DNA of 63,739 bases, the filler included, from Neolecta irregularis DAH-3 (Eukaryota), in the NCBI GenBank assembly GCA_001929475.1. It is 13 parts of 13 records of this genome, joined end to end, with 100 filler letters (N's around TTAATTAATTAA, not from the genome) between each part and the next. Parts side by side here need not be neighbours in the genome. Positions count along the whole stretch, not along the records: positions 60,962 to 62,110 come from LXFE01003306.1; positions 62,211 to 63,739 come from LXFE01003314.1; 11 more parts are not named here. One strand, written 5' to 3'. This document shows positions 61,456 to 63,739 of this stretch, one piece after another (positions within the stretch are counted from its first letter, which is position 1; each line of letters starts with the position of its first letter). The notes beneath the pieces were generated by a model. The model had not been told where the DNA came from. It searched no databases and was given only the letters and a program-made list of their open reading frames with translations. The translations under genes and the position numbers were made by a program.

Positions 61456-63739
61456 GGGACTTGAAGTGTCTACCAAGGCGAATTGCCGTACTAACGCGAG
61501 TCGCTGGATGAACGCGAATCCCCAAGCCGCCACAATTACCTCCAGACCTTTGGGGGTAACTGCAGGATCGGCCAGAGGAAGCCGCCAGTGTCATAGCCTT
61601 GGCCATCCGGGCACATCAGACTAGCCACCAAGGACGTCACTGTGAGGCAAGAGACAAATGACGGTAGTGTGCAGATGTGCAGATTTGTATTTAAGTAGCG
61701 CCTACCTGACTAGCAGGGTAGACTTTCCCGAGATACTCAATATAAGATGTTACTACTCTATCAAGTAACTGTGATAGAGTACCCGACCTGAGTCTCATGC
61801 AGCACCAAGTCCANNNNNNNNNNCTGACTAGCAGGGTAGACTTTCCCTAGATACTCAATATAAGCTGTTACTACTCTATCAAGTAACTGTGATAGAGTAC
61901 CCGACCTGAGTCTCATGCAGCACCAAGTCCAAGATCGTGTGCTGTCAGTTTTGATGTATCAAACCCAAATATCCCAATGATCGAGTCAAGAGTGGGTAGT
62001 GAGAAAGTCCATCTTTTTTCCAACTTGCCAGAAACTCCCGCTTCAATCTCTGCGACTCGATCTTTGATATCTGGGGAAGCGGTCTCAGAGACTTTGGCCA
62101 ATAAAGCTTTNNNNNNNNNNNNNNNNNNNNNNNNNNNNNNNNNNNNNNNNNNNNTTAATTAATTAANNNNNNNNNNNNNNNNNNNNNNNNNNNNNNNNNN
62201 NNNNNNNNNNAATCCCGATAGACATTTCGATAATTGCAATTTGAGTGATTTTGACTTGAAGAATAGCTACTCGAGTTTCCAAGTCGAAGCCTAGTTGATC
62301 TGCAGTAAATTCATCTTGATCGACTTTTGCAAAGGAAAAGACAGCTTCACATGCTCTAGCGCAAATCAGATTATTAAAGAAAGGACTTGATTCGCTATTC
62401 AGACAGTATACTCGTCTATCTAAAAGAAACCATTGCAGCCCTTTTATCCTATCCGCAGAACACACGCTACGCCAAGTGGCTCGGAAAAACAAAGATAATA
62501 AAGTAAGTAAGTAAAAATAAAAGATAAGAGCTTCTCTAAACTAGACCCAGTGAGACAACCGGCCGCATTCCCCTATACGAGAGACCGATGGCGAGCCAGA
62601 CCGATCCAATGACCTAGTTCTTCAAAGTTAAAACTAGAGCGCGTAGTTGCTTTTGGCTAACCGCGTGCTGAAGACGTCAAAATTGCCGCGCAGGATAGTT
62701 GATTTGGACGATATTAGGTGGATAATGATTGGTGTTTTGAAAGAGTGGGAGGAGATAATGATTGGGGGTAGATGAGAATACTGGTAGATGGTAGTGGTGA
62801 GGGCGGAGATGAGGTTCGTCGCTGTAACGGGAAAGTGAAGAAAAAGAGTGTTTCCATGTTACTTGCGACAGGCTTGTACTTGGATCGTACAAAAATGCAG
62901 ACTGCGTCATATTGAGACTAGTGTCCCTTTTAAGAGCTACATGAGAGTTCCAATGACCAACTCTGAGTTTACTCCACTTCTATGACTGCACTCTCCAAGA
63001 CATTGAAAGTATTTGCTGGCCTTTTAGGTAATACACTTTAGAGAAAAATACCTAACTAATGCAACGAACCTACCATACTTGATTGGCGTTGCTTTCAAGA
63101 TCGTCCGATACAGGCCTGTCTTTTCTTTTCCATTCCATTGATATCTGGCATCCTCTTTTACTTGTCGTTCTTTCTATTAAATACGGTAAGAAACAGCGTT
63201 TGTTCGTATCTCGCAACCATTTCGATAATAGGCTTCATATGTTCGCCAGTCCTGGACATCCCTTCCCTGATGACAATAACACGATTTGGATATGGTATGA
63301 TGGCTATGAAAGCAGCAGATATTGTGCTTCTAAGACAGCCCCCGAAAATGAATCAGAATGAAATGCAGACTTTACATGACCGGCATCGATATGCGATGTA
63401 TCTGTTGATGGAATTTCGATACCAGAGTTTTGACATTGCTGTTCATAAGAAACCCCGGGATCCGACGCCGTGGTATGAACTAATAGCGTTTATGGCACTA
63501 GGACATCTACCTGGTCCATGCTTGGAATATCGCAGACCCATTCTCGTGGTTCCATATTTTGTTATTCTGATGGAAGGATTGCGTTATATATTGTTCCCAA
63601 AGAGTCTTCCACTCTTTACAAGTTTCTGGAAATCTAAGTCGCAAGCGGCACAATATAATACATCGTGGCATCAGCTTGTACGGTCCCCGATGATGTCTAT
63701 TGGATATTACCCTCTCGCGCGATTCGGACGGCCTCTTGG

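Noticed and set aside
61705-61931. About 108-bp direct repeat on both sides of a 10-N gap
   Set aside because: Most likely unmerged overlapping contig ends (2 mismatches).
62211-63739. Coding-like fragments at the window end
   Set aside because: All frames interrupted and no recognisable motif; needs BLASTX.

Overview
Compact, intron-rich fungal DNA (ascomycete; gene content and very short introns suggest Taphrinomycotina, possibly Neolecta-like, by inference only). It consists of 13 contig pieces joined by artificial 100-nt N/TTAATTAATTAA linkers, so adjacency across gaps is not proven. Housekeeping genes recovered by manual splicing: an alpha-arrestin, RPL39, a Gef2/Nod1-like DH-PH protein, a Zn2Cys6 factor, sulfite reductase beta, an APC permease, SDH4, RFT1, ATG4, a CYP52-like P450, FYV6, MAK5, CMR1, SUMO, an M3 peptidase, KAP123, Yap1/Pap1, SPF30, a ZNFX1/Hrr1-like helicase, a TEA/AbaA-like factor, SEN2, a GT31-like protein and Mn-SOD. 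Most introns are only 32-45 nt, and the two long ones contain structured RNAs. (1) Intron 1 of the APC permease (probably a Thi9-type thiamine transporter) holds a TPP riboswitch next to a candidate stop-containing poison micro-exon and a long-range pairing element. (2) A KAP123 intron holds a box C/D snoRNA (snR71/U29-like). Also notable: a 1.8-kb cassette bounded by perfect inverted repeats carrying a decayed RhoGAP fragment, a tandem double mini-intron in ATG4 (possible recursive splicing), non-canonical splice sites, and a short solo LTR whose empty site lies next to it.
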